This document shows, piece by piece, positions 1-11,818 of a stretch of DNA of 64,000 bases. The stretch's first letter is position 1. Every line of letters begins with the position of its first letter. The position numbers and the translations under genes were made by a program. The notes under the pieces are model-generated. The model was not told the DNA's origin, made no database searches, and worked only from the letters and a program-made list of their open reading frames with translations. This DNA is from Eledone cirrhosa. Lineage: Eukaryota. Where the stretch lies: positions 97,278,001-97,342,000 of the forward strand of contig OZ024742.1 in the NCBI GenBank assembly GCA_964016885.1. The letters are read 5' to 3'.

Positions 1-185
1 CGCACTAGGTAGATTAAGGAAGGAAGTCATACAAACTCAAAACTTTCGGCTTAAAAGTAAGTAGACACTAACCTAATCACTGTCAAATTCCTATATGTAA
101 CACTAGACCTAAAATAACCAATGCAAGCCATATAGAACACCAAACGAATTGACATTCCTACATAAAGGCATAATTCTACCACAGC
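1..185 (+). pseudogene. Degenerate Penelope-like element reverse transcriptase fragment
   Basis: Translation across frameshifts gives ...RLRKEVIQ / VDTNLITVKFLYVTLDLK / NNQCKPYRTPNE, resembling the PLE RT C-terminal motif (NFLDVTLDL...YKPYRKPN). Confidence 0.45.
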
Positions 186-423
186 CGTATAGTGTTTAAT
201 TGTTTCCGTTATATGAAGTGTTAATAATCAGGCTTTACATACGTACACAATCTATTTTTAGAACCGCTTAATCATAGGAAATGTTGAATGTGTACGCTAG
301 GAGCATTAAGGTTTTTTACGAAGTAAAATAGATTATTTTTCATAGTAAGAAAATGTGATGCTTTAAACTTATACACTTAAAAGTTTCTAACGCTCCAGAG
401 TTCTAAAGGTAGATTGTTTTCGT

Positions 424-424
<1 letters not shown>

Positions 425-520
<96 letters not shown>
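425..520. repeat. Compound (TA)n-(TG)n microsatellite
   Basis: Directly visible. Confidence 0.95.
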
Positions 521-522
<2 letters not shown>

Positions 523-645
523 GCAGAAAGTTCAGTAAATCCGAAGAAAACTCGTGAGAGAACCAAAGTCAGCACTCGATGCAGGGCAGAGTGTATACAT
601 TAAGAACAAAGTGGAGGTGTTACATAGGAGATTTATTGCTTAATC

Positions 646-734
646 CTGGTTACAAATGTTTCCCAAGCAGCCGGCTTATGATCTGGGATGGCACCCTCAG
701 ACCAAACTCCAAGACTGCCTGATCCTCAGACTAG
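646..734 (-). ncRNA. Minimal type I hammerhead ribozyme (Penelope pLTR-like)
   Basis: Minus strand reads CUAGU-CUGAGGA-UCAGGCAGUC...GGCUGCUUGG-GAAA-CAUUUG-UA/ACCAG: 10-bp stem II including GU pairs, short stem III, GUA cleavage triplet, stem I 4 of 5 pairs; AATAAA follows at 637-632. Confidence 0.65.
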
Positions 735-842
735 TGTTAACACAACAAAACTCACATCAAATCTGTGGACGAACCAGGTGCGTTCGTTGAATTCTAGGCC
801 CATGTTTGGTCATTCTATAAGCTTGTTTGAGTTTTTGAATCC

Positions 843-3818
843 GTAGTTATGCTCCCGTTTGTAGCTCCCCCCCCCACCCCTAGTTACGCCATTCTTCTTA
901 GCCTCCCTGCGCTCGTAGTTATGCCACCCTCTGTAGCCTTCGTCCGCCTGTAGTTACGCATTGTTCTAGCCTCCCTTCGTTCGTAGTTTATTCCACCTTT
1001 TGTAGCCTCCCTCCGGCATTAGTTATGCCAACTTTTGTATCCCCACTCCACCCGTCGTTCTTGCCACCTTCCGTAGCCACCATCCGCCCATAGTTATGAT
1101 ACATGTTCTCGCCTTTCTCCAACCATAGTTATGCCACCTTTTCTAGCCTCACTCTGCCAGTAGGTATGTTACCTTTTCTCGCCTCCCCTCCACCCGTAGT
1201 TATACCACCCTTCCTATCCTCTCTCCGTCCGTAGTTATGCCAATCATTCTAACCTCCCTCCGCCGTAGTTATGCCTTCCTTTGTAGCCTCCCTCCATCCA
1301 TAGTTATGCCTTCCTTTGTAGCCTCCATCCATATTCATGCCTTCCTTTGTAGCCTCCCTCCATCCATAGTTATGCCTTCCTTTGTAGCCTCCCTCCATAT
1401 TCATGCCTTCCTTTGTAGCCTCCCTCCATCCATAGTCATGCCTTCCTTTGTAGCCTCCCTCCATCCATAGTCATGCTTTCCTTTGTAGCCTCCCTCCATC
1501 CATAGTCATACCTTCCTTTGTAACCTCCCTCCATCCATAGTCATACCTTCCTTTGTAGCCTCCCTCCATCCATAGTCATACCTTCCTTTGTAGCCTCCCT
1601 CCATCCATAGTCATACCTTCCTTTGTAGCCTCCCTCCATCCATAGTCATGCCTTCCTTTGTAGCCTCCATCCATCCATAGTCATGCTTTCCTTTGTAGCC
1701 TTCCCCCATCCATAGTCATACCTTCCTTTGTAGCCTCCCTCCATCCATAGTCATGCTTTCCTTTGTAGCCTCCCTCCATCCATAGTCATACCTTCCTTTG
1801 TAGCCTCCCTCCATCCATAGTCATACCTTCCTTTGTAGCCTCCCCCCATCCATAGTCATACCTTCCTTTGTAGCCTCCCTCCATCCATAATCATACCTTC
1901 CTTTGTAGCCTCCCTCCATCCATAGTCATACCTTCCTTTGTAGCCTCCCTCCATCCATAGTCATACCTTCCTTTGTAGCCTCCCTCCATCCATAGTCATA
2001 CCTTCCTTTGTAGCCTCCCTCCATCCATAGTCATGCCTTCTTTTGTAGCCTCCCTCCATCCATAGTCATGCTTTCCTTTGTAGCCTCCCTCCATCCATAG
2101 TCATACCTTCCTTTGTAGCCTCCCTCCATCCATAGTCATGCTTTCCTTTGTAGCCTCCCTCCATCCATAGTCATACCTTCCTTTGTAGCCTCCCTCCATC
2201 CATAGTCATGCCTTCCTTTGTAGCCTCCCTCCATCCATAGTCATGCTTTCCTTTGTAGCCTCCCCCCATCCATAGTCATACCTTCCTTTGTAGCCTCCCT
2301 CCATCCATAGTCATGCTTTCCTTTGTAGCCTCCCTCCATCCATAGTCATACCTTCCTTTGTAGCCTCCCTCCATCCATAGTCATACCTTCCTTTGTAGCC
2401 TCCCCCCATCCATAGTCATACCTTCCTTTGTAGCCTCCCTCCATCCATAGTCATACCTTCCTTTGTAGCCTCCCTCCATCCATAGTCATACCTTCCTTTG
2501 TAGCCTCCCTCCATCCATAGTCATACCTTCCTTTGTAGCCTCCCTCCATCCATAGTCATACCTTCCTTTGTAGCCTCCCTCCATCCATAGTCATACCTTC
2601 CTTTGTAGCCTCCCTCCATCCATAGTCATACCTTCCTTTGTAGCCTCCCTCCATCCATAGTCATACCTTCCTTTGTAGCCTCCCTCCATCCATAGTCATA
2701 CCTTCCTTTGTAGCCTCCCTCCATCCATAGTCATACCATCCTTTGTAGCCCTCCCTCCATCCATAGTCATACCTTCCTTTGTAGCCTCCCTCCATCCATA
2801 GTCATGCTTTCCTTTGTAGCCTCCCCCCATCCATAGTCATAAATTCCTTTGTAGCCCTCCCTCCATCCATAGTCATACCTTCCTTTGTAGCCCTCCCTCC
2901 ATCCATAGTCATGCTTTCCTTTGTAGCCTCCCCCCATCCATAGTCATACCTTCCTTTGTAGCCTCCCTCCATCCATAGTCATACCTTCCTTTGTAGCCTC
3001 CCTCCATCCATAGTCATGCTTTCCTTTGTAGCCTCCCCGCATCCATAGTCATACCTTCCTTTGTAGCCTCCCTCCATCCATAGTCATGCTTTCCTTTGTA
3101 GCCTCCCCCCATCCATAGTCATACCTTCCTTTGTAGCCTCCCTCCATCCATTGTCATACCTTCCTTTGTAGCCTCCCTCCATCCATATTCATACCTTCCT
3201 TTGTAGCCTCCCTCCATCCATAGTCATACCTTCCTTTGTAGCCCTCCCTCCATCCATAGTTATGCCTTCCTTTGCAGCCTCCCTCCATCCATAGTCATGC
3301 CTTCCTTTGTAGCCTCCCTCCATCCATAGTTATGCCTTCCTTTGTAGCCTCCCTCCATCCATAGTCATACCTTCCTTTGTAGCCTCCCTCCATCCATAGT
3401 CATACCTTCCTTTGTAGCCTCCCTCCATCCATAGTTATGCCTTCCTTTGCAGCCTCCCTCCATCCATAGTCATACCTTCCTTTGCAGCCTCCCTCCATCC
3501 ATAGTTATGCCTTCCTTTGTAGCCTCCCTCCGTCTGTAGTCATGCCTTTCTTTATAGCCCCCCTCTGTCAGTAGCATGCCTTTCTTTATAGCCTCACTCC
3601 GCCCGTAGTTATGCCACCCCTTCTCGCCTTCATTCGTCCGTAGTTATTCTTCTCTTTCAAGCCTCCCTCTATCCATAGTTATGCCGCCTTTATTAGGCCC
3701 CCACCACGCCGTAGTTATTCCTTTTACGTAGCCTCCCCCCCCCCCGTAATTTCGCCACTTTATCTAGCTTCCCTCCGTCCGTAGTTATGTCACCCTTTTT
3801 GCCTCCCTCCACCCGTAC
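843..3818. repeat. 35-bp minisatellite (CATAGTCATACCTTCCTTTGTAGCCTCCCTCCATC), about 85 units
   Basis: Unit recurs at 1501, 1536, 1571 and onward; homogeneous core, diverged units at both edges. Confidence 0.97.
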
Positions 3819-4629
3819 TGAATCCACCACTCTCAACATATATCATATTCTTATTTCATATATACACAGATATAAACGTATAAATCTTTTCAATTTTATA
3901 GTAGATTTGACTATATGTATAATATCAATCTTCTTCGTCTACTATCCAAGCTTGAATGATTTATACAGTTTGTCACATTCTGAGTCCAAACGACTAAGAT
4001 GACCGTGTTCCATTCATGCTCGGCTTCAGGGTGATCTGTCTAATGCCAATAACTTCACAGCGTTTTGTCACAGTGTCTTTACTACCTTGTAGAATGGACA
4101 CAGTGCAATTTACCGTCGCATCACCACTATTTTTGTTGTGACAGTAGGGTACAAACTGTGACCATGGTGAGGCTAGGGATGCAATGATAGGAGTTGGGGT
4201 GTGGGAGCAGGGGCTTCCATTATAATTTTATATCAGAACCTTTCCAAACATCAGCTTAATTCGTTTAAATTATATTTTGTTTCGTATATGCTTTTCATTT
4301 TTTAATATATTTAAACTCTTTCTATTTGTTTAGGATACATTTTAATGTTTATTTCGTTTAGACAAGTCAATATAATAATTTAGTTAACCGTTTGATCTTT
4401 TTCAGGGTTTCTTTTTTAATTAGCATTTTATATTTATATATATATTGTTTATTTCGATTTGTTAGATGGATTAGCGCTCAAACGTTTTGAAATATTTTTA
4501 TCTGTTAGTCACTGGAATGTCTATGGTTGGTATTGATTAATAAGCAACGGGATCGTAGTCGCTGCAGATAATAAATATTGTTTATTCTTATACAGAAACT
4601 GCATGATATGACAGCTACAGCATTAAAAA

Positions 4630-4930
4630 CTCTGTTTCCCTCATAATGGTATTTAGAACGGGTTGTAGGTTGGGTTTATGGACTATTAGTTAGGAAATAT
4701 GGATGATGTCTGAGGTTGAATTTTGGATGATGTATTTGGTTATAGTAGAACATTTAGTATGGAAGTGGCTCTGTTTTAATTATTGTATAAGTTATGAGTT
4801 TGGCGTTCAGTTATTTTATCCCCTGGGTGTTTTGTATATTGCTAGCTTTGTTTTCGAAATGTATTATTTACGTATAGGGACACTCAGTGATTACTTTGTG
4901 TTCGTTATAGGTGTTTCTACATTCAGATTT
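4630..4930 (-). pseudogene. Possible highly decayed Penelope GIY-YIG endonuclease C-terminus
   Basis: Minus translation ...IIQNSTSDIIHIS*LIVHKPNLQ loosely resembles the PLE endonuclease end (ES.LI..HKP.LN); many stops. Confidence 0.25.
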
Positions 4931-4962
4931 TGGTGTTTGATTGTCTTATTTGCTTAATTACT

Positions 4963-5112
4963 TGGTGGATTGGCAGTATCGTCCCTTTACGATCTGAGTT
5001 CAAATCCCGCCGAGGTCAACTTTGCCTTTAATTCTTACGGGGTCGATAAAATAAAGTACCAGTAATGTACTGGTTAATTGCTGGCCTTGTGCCAAAAGTA
5101 GAAACAGTTATT
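4963..5112 (+). mobile_element. tRNA-derived SINE, family A (internally deleted copy)
   Basis: TGGCAGTATCG A-box-like, GAGTTCAAATCCC B-box, core GCCTTT..TCTTACGGGGTCGATAAAATAAAGTACCAG shared with about 10 copies in the window. Confidence 0.85.
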
Positions 5113-5424
5113 ACTACCACCACAACTACCATTAAAACTACCATGACAATTCCCATCACAGCTACCAGCCTATCAACTATCAATTTGGCAATGTCTCTCG
5201 AATAATTTCACTGTATTTCATCAATTTTATTGATTCTTGTGCAAGATGAAATGACTAGTGGTGACCTTGTCAAGATTTGAACTCGCAATCATCAGTACAT
5301 TTTCTCTCTTTTCTTTCTTAGATTTTATTATCATCTATGTTGTGGTTGTTTATTATTATGTTTAATGCATCAAGGATGGTGGAGTAGCAGATGTCATTAA
5401 ATATCCGTGTAACTATGTTAGAAT

Positions 5425-5732
5425 GCGTGGATGTAATGCTGAGTTTACGATACTGAGGTTGAGGGTTCAATTCCTGGGTCATTCAGTACGTTGAGTCGTT
5501 GAGCACGACACTTTGCTCAGTTCATTCAGCTTACGAAATTGAGTTGTACTACCTGTAATTCAAAGGGCCAGCCTTGTCACACATTAGGTCAGGTTGATTC
5601 ACCTTGAAACTACCTTATGTGTGCACGTGTCTATGGATATTTCGTTCACTTACACGTTAATTTCATGAGCAGGCCGTTCCATTGATTTAATCAACTGAAG
5701 CACTCGTCATTGGAGACAATGGAGTTTCCAAC
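5425..5732 (+). mobile_element. Older tRNA-derived SINE, family B
   Basis: GGTTCAATTCC B-box followed by a GTCGTTGAGCACGACACTTT...CTCAGTTCATTCAGC core; related decayed pieces near 6060-6250 and 44450-44670. Confidence 0.55.
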
Positions 5733-6824
5733 AAGAGGTATAAATATTAATAAGTAATCGATATGGGTGAGTGGCAGATGTTGATAATTTATCTAAATTT
5801 GGTTGAGTGTTGTTTTTCTTAAGTATGTTTCTAGATATGTTCGAATGAGAGATATGGCCAAGTGTCGGAGAAGATATGTATGAGTGATGGAGGCCTAGGT
5901 ATCGTTTTAGTACTCATAGCTGAGTGGTGTTCTATACTTAGTTGAGTATCGGTATAGATATACTTGAATAGCACACATGAATGAGTATTTGTCTAGATGC
6001 AGTTGAATGGCAAATGTGATTCAGTGGCAGTAGGTGTGATTGAGTACTGCAGCATCGCTGAATGTTTAAGCAGTTCATTCCATAATCCTTAGGTTGAATC
6101 CCACTGTGTTGCTATAGGTTCTGGTCAACCCATGCTTTATGCAGGAAACTGGATTGAGAGAAACTGCTTGGAAGTTGATCGGCTGGAATGTACTTGTAAT
6201 TCAAATAATTAGCCTTGTCACATATTTTATTATTTTGAATCTCCATGAGAATTACAAAAGTAGTGTTGCAGTCACAATGTTTGAAATCTTTAGCAGTCAT
6301 TATCATCATTATCAGCAATGTTTAAGGATTATTTTCCACGTTTGCATGGTTTAAATGGGCTGTCACGTTTTAAGTCTAAAGAGGTCAGCAAGCAACTCCT
6401 TGCTCAAACACTCCATTTGGGCTTGGTTTTCTACTGCTAAATGCCTTTCTTAACACCAACTACTTTACAGCGTGTGCTTGGTGCTTTTTTGTGGCATCCA
6501 AATCACCAAAATGGACTGCTTTTATACCATGGCAACTGTGTAACCTCATTACAGCAGAAAAAGCGTCAAAGCAGTCATAGCTAAAATAGGATGCGTATTC
6601 TTAGTAAAAAAAAAACAGAAAAGATTACTTAATCCTTTTGATAATAAAGTACACGAAATCACCCCTGATTTATTATATAATGATGTTTGCTTTAAAATAT
6701 TTGTCTGTGTATATGGACCAGTTACTCCCGATTGAGTCGTATGGGGGCTGTCGTCACTTTAACCTTCCAATTCGGAACATAGCTGATTTTCAAGAGAAGA
6801 AAAGAGAATGTTAGGGAGCTATAC

Positions 6825-6980
6825 AGAAATAATAGGCCACCGTACTCGACTGGTACTTTTTTTATCAACTTCGAAGAGATGAAAGACCAAGTTGATCTCG
6901 GCGGGATTTGAACTTAGAAAGCGTGGAGAGCCAGAACAGTTAACGGAAAGCATTCTCTCCGATATTCTAACACATCTGCG
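6825..6980 (-). mobile_element. SINE family A, diverged copy
   Basis: CTGGTACTTT..TTATC..GATGAAAG..CTCGGCGGGATTTGAACT is the reverse complement of the family core. Confidence 0.75.
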
Positions 6981-7094
6981 TAGTTGTGGCTCATTTTAAA
7001 GTATTCTTATTCATCTAAAAATCTTCCATCATTATTCTTTATATATATTAAAAAAAAGACTTTATATTCATTAGCAATAGAGTTAAATTAACAA

Positions 7095-8237
7095 ATTTGG
7101 TAGGTAAAATCGTAAGTGAAATGTGTTGGTAAAATTGTCAATCAGGCAAAATGATGGGTAAAATCAGATTCATATGTAACCTGGCGAACAAATCATAGGA
7201 AAGTAAAATGGTGGGTAAAATCATGAACTGAGTGTAAAATCAAGAACCGTGGGTAAAATCAGGAGCCATGTGTAAATTCAAAACATGTGGATAAAATCAG
7301 GAATCGTGAGTAAAATAAGGACATGGGAGTAAAATCAGGAACTGTGGATAAAACCAGATGGGATGAAATCAGGAGATATGGGTAAAATCAGGACGTGTGG
7401 GTAATATTGGGAATGTGGGTAAAATTACGACATGGGAGTAAAATTAGTAACTTTGGGTGAAAACATGAGATCGGATAAAATCAAGAACTGTGGGTAAAAT
7501 CATGACCTGTGGATAAAACCATGACATGTGGGTAAAATCAGGACCCGTTGGTAAAATAAGGACATGTGGGTAAATCAAGACATGGGAGTAAAAACATTAA
7601 TATGGGTAAAAACAGGAGCTCGGGTAAAATCAGTAACTGTGGGTAAAAACTGGAGATCGGGTGAAATCAGGAACTATGGGTAAAATAACGACATTTGAGC
7701 AAAATCAGGAACCGTGGGTAAAATCGGGAGATGTGGGTAAAATTAGGACTGTGGGTAAAATAATGACATGTGGGTAAATCAAGAAATGGGAGTAAAATCA
7801 GTATTGTGGGTAAAAACAGGAGATCGCGTAAAATAATGAACTGTGGATATTATCAGGACATGTGAGCAAAATCAGGAACCATGGGGGTAAATCGGGAGAT
7901 GTGGGTAAAATCAGGAACTGTGAGTAAATCAGAAGATCGGGTGAAATCATGAGATGGGGGTAAAATCATCAGATGTGGATAATATGAGGACCGCAGGTAA
8001 AATCAGGAAATGTCGGTAAAATCAGGACATGCAGGTAAATCAGGACTGCAGGTAAAATGAGTAACTGTGTAAAATGAGATGTGTGCAAAATTAGGACATG
8101 GGAGTAAAATGAGGAACTGTGAGTAAGTTAAGGATATGTGGGTAAAATCAGGAACCGGGGATAAAATCAGAACAGTGGGTAAAATCAGGAGTGAACCATG
8201 AGCAAAATCGTGCATAAATAATCATGAACCGTGGGAA
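7095..8237. repeat. Degenerate ~19-20-bp minisatellite (TGTGGGTAAAATCAGGAAC-like), about 55 units
   Basis: GGGTAAAATCAGG core recurs every ~19-20 bp. Confidence 0.9.
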
Positions 8238-9542
8238 AAGTTTTACAAATTGTTGAGAACAGCTGCTGTCGATGTATGAAATCCAAATTAACATAAGGGC
8301 TCTAGTTATACTGAACTCAGTATTTGATACCATATGGACTAAGATATATATTTTTTCCAAAGCTTTTCTCCTAACTTTCTGCGTTATGCCCTTTAGCAAG
8401 ACATTTAATTTCATGCTGCTTTTCATGATAGGACTGGCACCCCTTAAAATATCTGAGAAACCTTCTATGCGATACAACCTAGTAGGAGGCCAGAAAATCT
8501 TATACAGCAATATGTTATATCTGGTGCCCCGACCATTAAAACACCAAATAAACCGACTATGGGGCCTCCTAAATGTACATAATATAACATAATACAACTG
8601 AGAATCCTATCATTAAAACACCAAAAACACTAAAAAGAAACGTCCTGTGAAATTCAGCCGCATTGGAGGCCAGCTGAACTTACATAGATGAGAGCTGTAA
8701 AATTTCCTTTTCCTTTTCCACACTCGCGTGCACATGTACGCATGTGCATACACACTTGCACGCACACACACATGAACGTTACGTATATAGCTGATTTATT
8801 GCAGTAGTTTAAACAGAATATCAGCATCATTAGTTTTAGCAATACAAACATAGACATCACCAACGACAAATCCAGATAAGAACTATTTAATTTCATTACT
8901 AAATCCTTACAAATTCTTGAAAAATACAGTTAGGAAAAAGTTAAAATCTGTCCCAGCCCGGATGGTTATTAGGCCTGTTCAGTTCCAATGCTCACTTATA
9001 AGCTTTCAAACACTTGTGCAAGGTTTTGCACCCGTCAAGCTTTCCATTCACCATTGTGAATGGCAGAAGGACGCCGTGATCCCTTAATCTTCAAGAGTGA
9101 ATTTACCACGACGGCATTTCTGAAACCTATGTTACGCTGGGCATTCATTAATATTTTGTTGGCTATAAACTCCATTTATGTTTCTAGCGGATTGTACTGC
9201 ATTGCGACCGAGTTTAAACTCATAAAAATAAATTTGGTGAAAATACTTTTTTTCACATCTTAACTTCAAAGATCTGGAAATTAACTACAAGGCGAATTAT
9301 ATTACAAAGAACGAAAGAGCAATAAATACGCTTTAAAATGATACACAATTGTATACCCTTTGCGTGGGATTTTATTCTTTAAAAATGTTGAAACATAAAA
9401 ACATAAAGTTTGCATTCATTTCTGAACAAACTAATGTTTGTATCAGACCCCACCCACATTATGGTCCATTGTAAGTTCTTACATCTATATGAACTTTGGA
9501 CTGGTTGCTTTTGAATACTGTTAATAATGATAATTATTATTA

Positions 9543-9920
9543 TGGATTAGCAGTATTTGTAGGGCGTCGGATAACATGCTTTGCGGCATATAGTTACGGT
9601 TCTTAACGTTTTGAGTTCAAATTCCCCCGATGTTAGCTCTGTCTTTCATCCTTACAGGGTCGATAAAATAGTACCATAACGTATTGGGGTCGATTTAAAC
9701 GAATTTCCCCCTCTCCCAAAATTGTTGCACTTGTGCGTAAATCAGAAACCATTATTATGACCGTAATCATCAGATTGGTTGAATGGCAGTTAGAGCCCCA
9801 GAAAATGTGTCTTGTGGTATTTACCTTCTGAGTTAATAAAGTACTTCTGATATAATGGGGTCAATAAAGTCGAATGTTCCCCTCCACTAAATGTCTGGCC
9901 CTGTGCAAGCGTGAAAAAAC
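9543..9920 (+). mobile_element. Two adjacent diverged SINE family A copies (about 9543-9755 and 9775-9920)
   Basis: GAGTTCAAATTCC B-box, CTTTCATCCTTACAGGGTCGATAAAATAGTACC core, and tail CCTTGTGC..AAA..AGAAAC. Confidence 0.7.
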
Positions 9921-10198
9921 TATCATTAATGATAACAATAATTAACCCATTTTACATTTCAACTTTTGTCGAAGTATTTTTAAATGTATTGAAAATAAGT
10001 TTTTGGCTAATGTAATTTAAATGAACTTCGTTGATCTCATCATCATTTTGAAATCATATGGTTATGTCTGACCCTCAGCCTTGAATGACAACTCAGCTAT
10101 AAGACACTATCTTGTATATATATATATAAACTTTGGAGTGGTTGCTTTTGAATACTGTTAGTAATGATAATTATTATTATGGATTAGCAGTATTTATT

Positions 10199-10262
<64 letters not shown>

Positions 10263-10351
10263 CTATGATTCGAAGTTGTAGCTGCCATATAGCAGGAACT
10301 AATCACCTGGTGAGTAAAATTTGGTAGATGGAAACTGTGGAAGACGATTAC

Positions 10352-10441
<90 letters not shown>

Positions 10442-10481
10442 ACAGGAGGCTGGACTGGTGTAAATCCTTGAAAGGTTTATT

Positions 10482-10539
10482 ATACTATGATCATTTCAAT
10501 GACCGGATTCCATATGAATCCGGTGATATCATCAGGTAT
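10482..10539 (-). ncRNA. Minimal hammerhead ribozyme (left arm)
   Basis: AUAC-CUGAUGA-UAUC-ACCGGAUUC(AUAUG)GAAUCCGGU-CAUU-GAAA-UGAUCA-UA/GUAU: 4-bp stem I, 9-bp perfect stem II core, palindromic stem III AUGAUCAU. Confidence 0.7.
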
Positions 10540-10654
10540 TCGAAATATACCAAAGGAATATGTAAAAACCATAGGTCCGAAAAATCAGAGAAATCCTCTC
10601 TGTCTCTGATTTTTCGGACCCATGGTTTTTACATATTCCTTTGTTATATTTCGA

Positions 10655-10712
10655 ATACCTGATGATATCACCGGATTCGTATGGAACCCGGTCATTGAAA
10701 TGATCATAGTAT
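10655..10712 (+). ncRNA. Minimal hammerhead ribozyme (right arm)
   Basis: ATAC 10655, CTGATGA 10659-10665, GAAA 10697-10700, TGATCA-TA, GTAT 10709-10712; AATAAA 10713-10718. Confidence 0.7.
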
Positions 10713-10906
10713 AATAAACCTTTCAAGGATTTACACCAGTCCAGCCTCCTGTTATTTTATTTATAATTAACTCCGTATTCGCACCACCAACTACACAAAC
10801 GAAGACGGGTGAACTGCATTACGTTGAGTACTCTCCACAATATTACACCAAGATTGACCATACGGAATGACCAATTCTATCCAGTGGTGAACCAACAAAC
10901 CTAAAG

Positions 10907-10953
<47 letters not shown>

Positions 10954-10956
<3 letters not shown>

Positions 10957-11818
10957 GAATAAAGTTAGTCCTTCATCGGTTATCTTCCAACCATCATTGG
11001 TATTTCATCGCTTTAAAGACCATATACCTCAGGTTGGTGCGAGCAACGGCTAAAAAACGTCGTTGGGACACGAGAGTGTAAACAAACAAAGATGGTGAAG
11101 CAATGAAAAGTGAGGAAGAAGGAGTCAAGTCCCAAATTTCCATGAATATAAATTCGGTGAAATCGTGAACGAGAGAGAATAAAGACCATCAAACCTGGTT
11201 GGAATGTGAGCAAGGAAGGAATTCCGTACAGGTCTAACGGGAGGAAGAAGGAATCTAGTCTGTGAAATCGTAGACGAGAGAGAGAAATAAAAGCGAACCT
11301 GCCTGACCAAGGGTGCGAAAGAAAAGAATTACGCACAAGTCAAACGGGAAGAAGGAGAAGGAGGAGAGGTAGTAACAGAGAGTGAGTGAGTGAAGTGTGA
11401 GGAAGAGGCTAACAGAGAGAGTGACTGTTAGAGAGGGTAAAGATATAGAGAAAGGGGAAGCAGTAAGAACGAAATAGACGGGTCACAGCGGGGGAAAAAA
11501 TATGTGTAAATATGATAATAAACGTGCTGCGTGGATGCTAATGAGTTACATATGAATAAAGTTAGTCCTTCATCAGTAATCTTCCAACCATCATTGGTAT
11601 TTTATCGCTTTAAAGACCATATACATCCGGTTGGTGCGAGCAACGGCTAAAAAAAGTCGTTGGGACACGTAAATAAAGGGGACACGAGAGTGTAAACAAA
11701 CAAAGATTGTGAAGCAACGAAAAGTGAGGAAGGAGTCAAGTCCCAAATTTCCATGAATATAAGTTCGGTGAAATCGTGAACGAGAGAGAATAAAGACCAT
11801 CATATTTCTATATATAGC
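10954..11818 (-). mobile_element. Probable non-autonomous Helitron-like fragment with a ~240-bp internal direct duplication (10954-11190 / 11551-11801)
   Basis: The duplication is directly visible. The minus strand starts (G)CTATATATAGAAAT like a Helitron 5' end; no 3' CTAG end seen. Confidence 0.4.

Larger units (their letters stand above)
10434..10908. mobile_element. Penelope-like inverted pLTR structure between (TA)n tracts: 158-bp inverted arms (10434-10591 / 10603-10760) plus a ~150-bp extension
   Basis: Arms differ at about 4 positions with an 11-nt loop; each arm carries a hammerhead core followed by AATAAA. Confidence 0.7.

Noticed and set aside
1237-1470. Repetitive ORFs on both strands
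   Set aside because: By-product of alternating 35- and 31-bp minisatellite units
843-3818. CRISPR-like 35-bp periodicity
   Set aside because: Units are contiguous with no unique spacers, there are no cas genes, and the context is eukaryotic
8148-8597. Overlapping 149-aa and 106-aa ORFs; a GAPD motif in another frame recalling COX1
   Set aside because: No recognisable domain, and the COX1 resemblance is only a few residues followed by stops
10468-10726. Twin 64-aa ORFs on opposite strands
   Set aside because: Mirror images created by the palindrome; non-ATG starts
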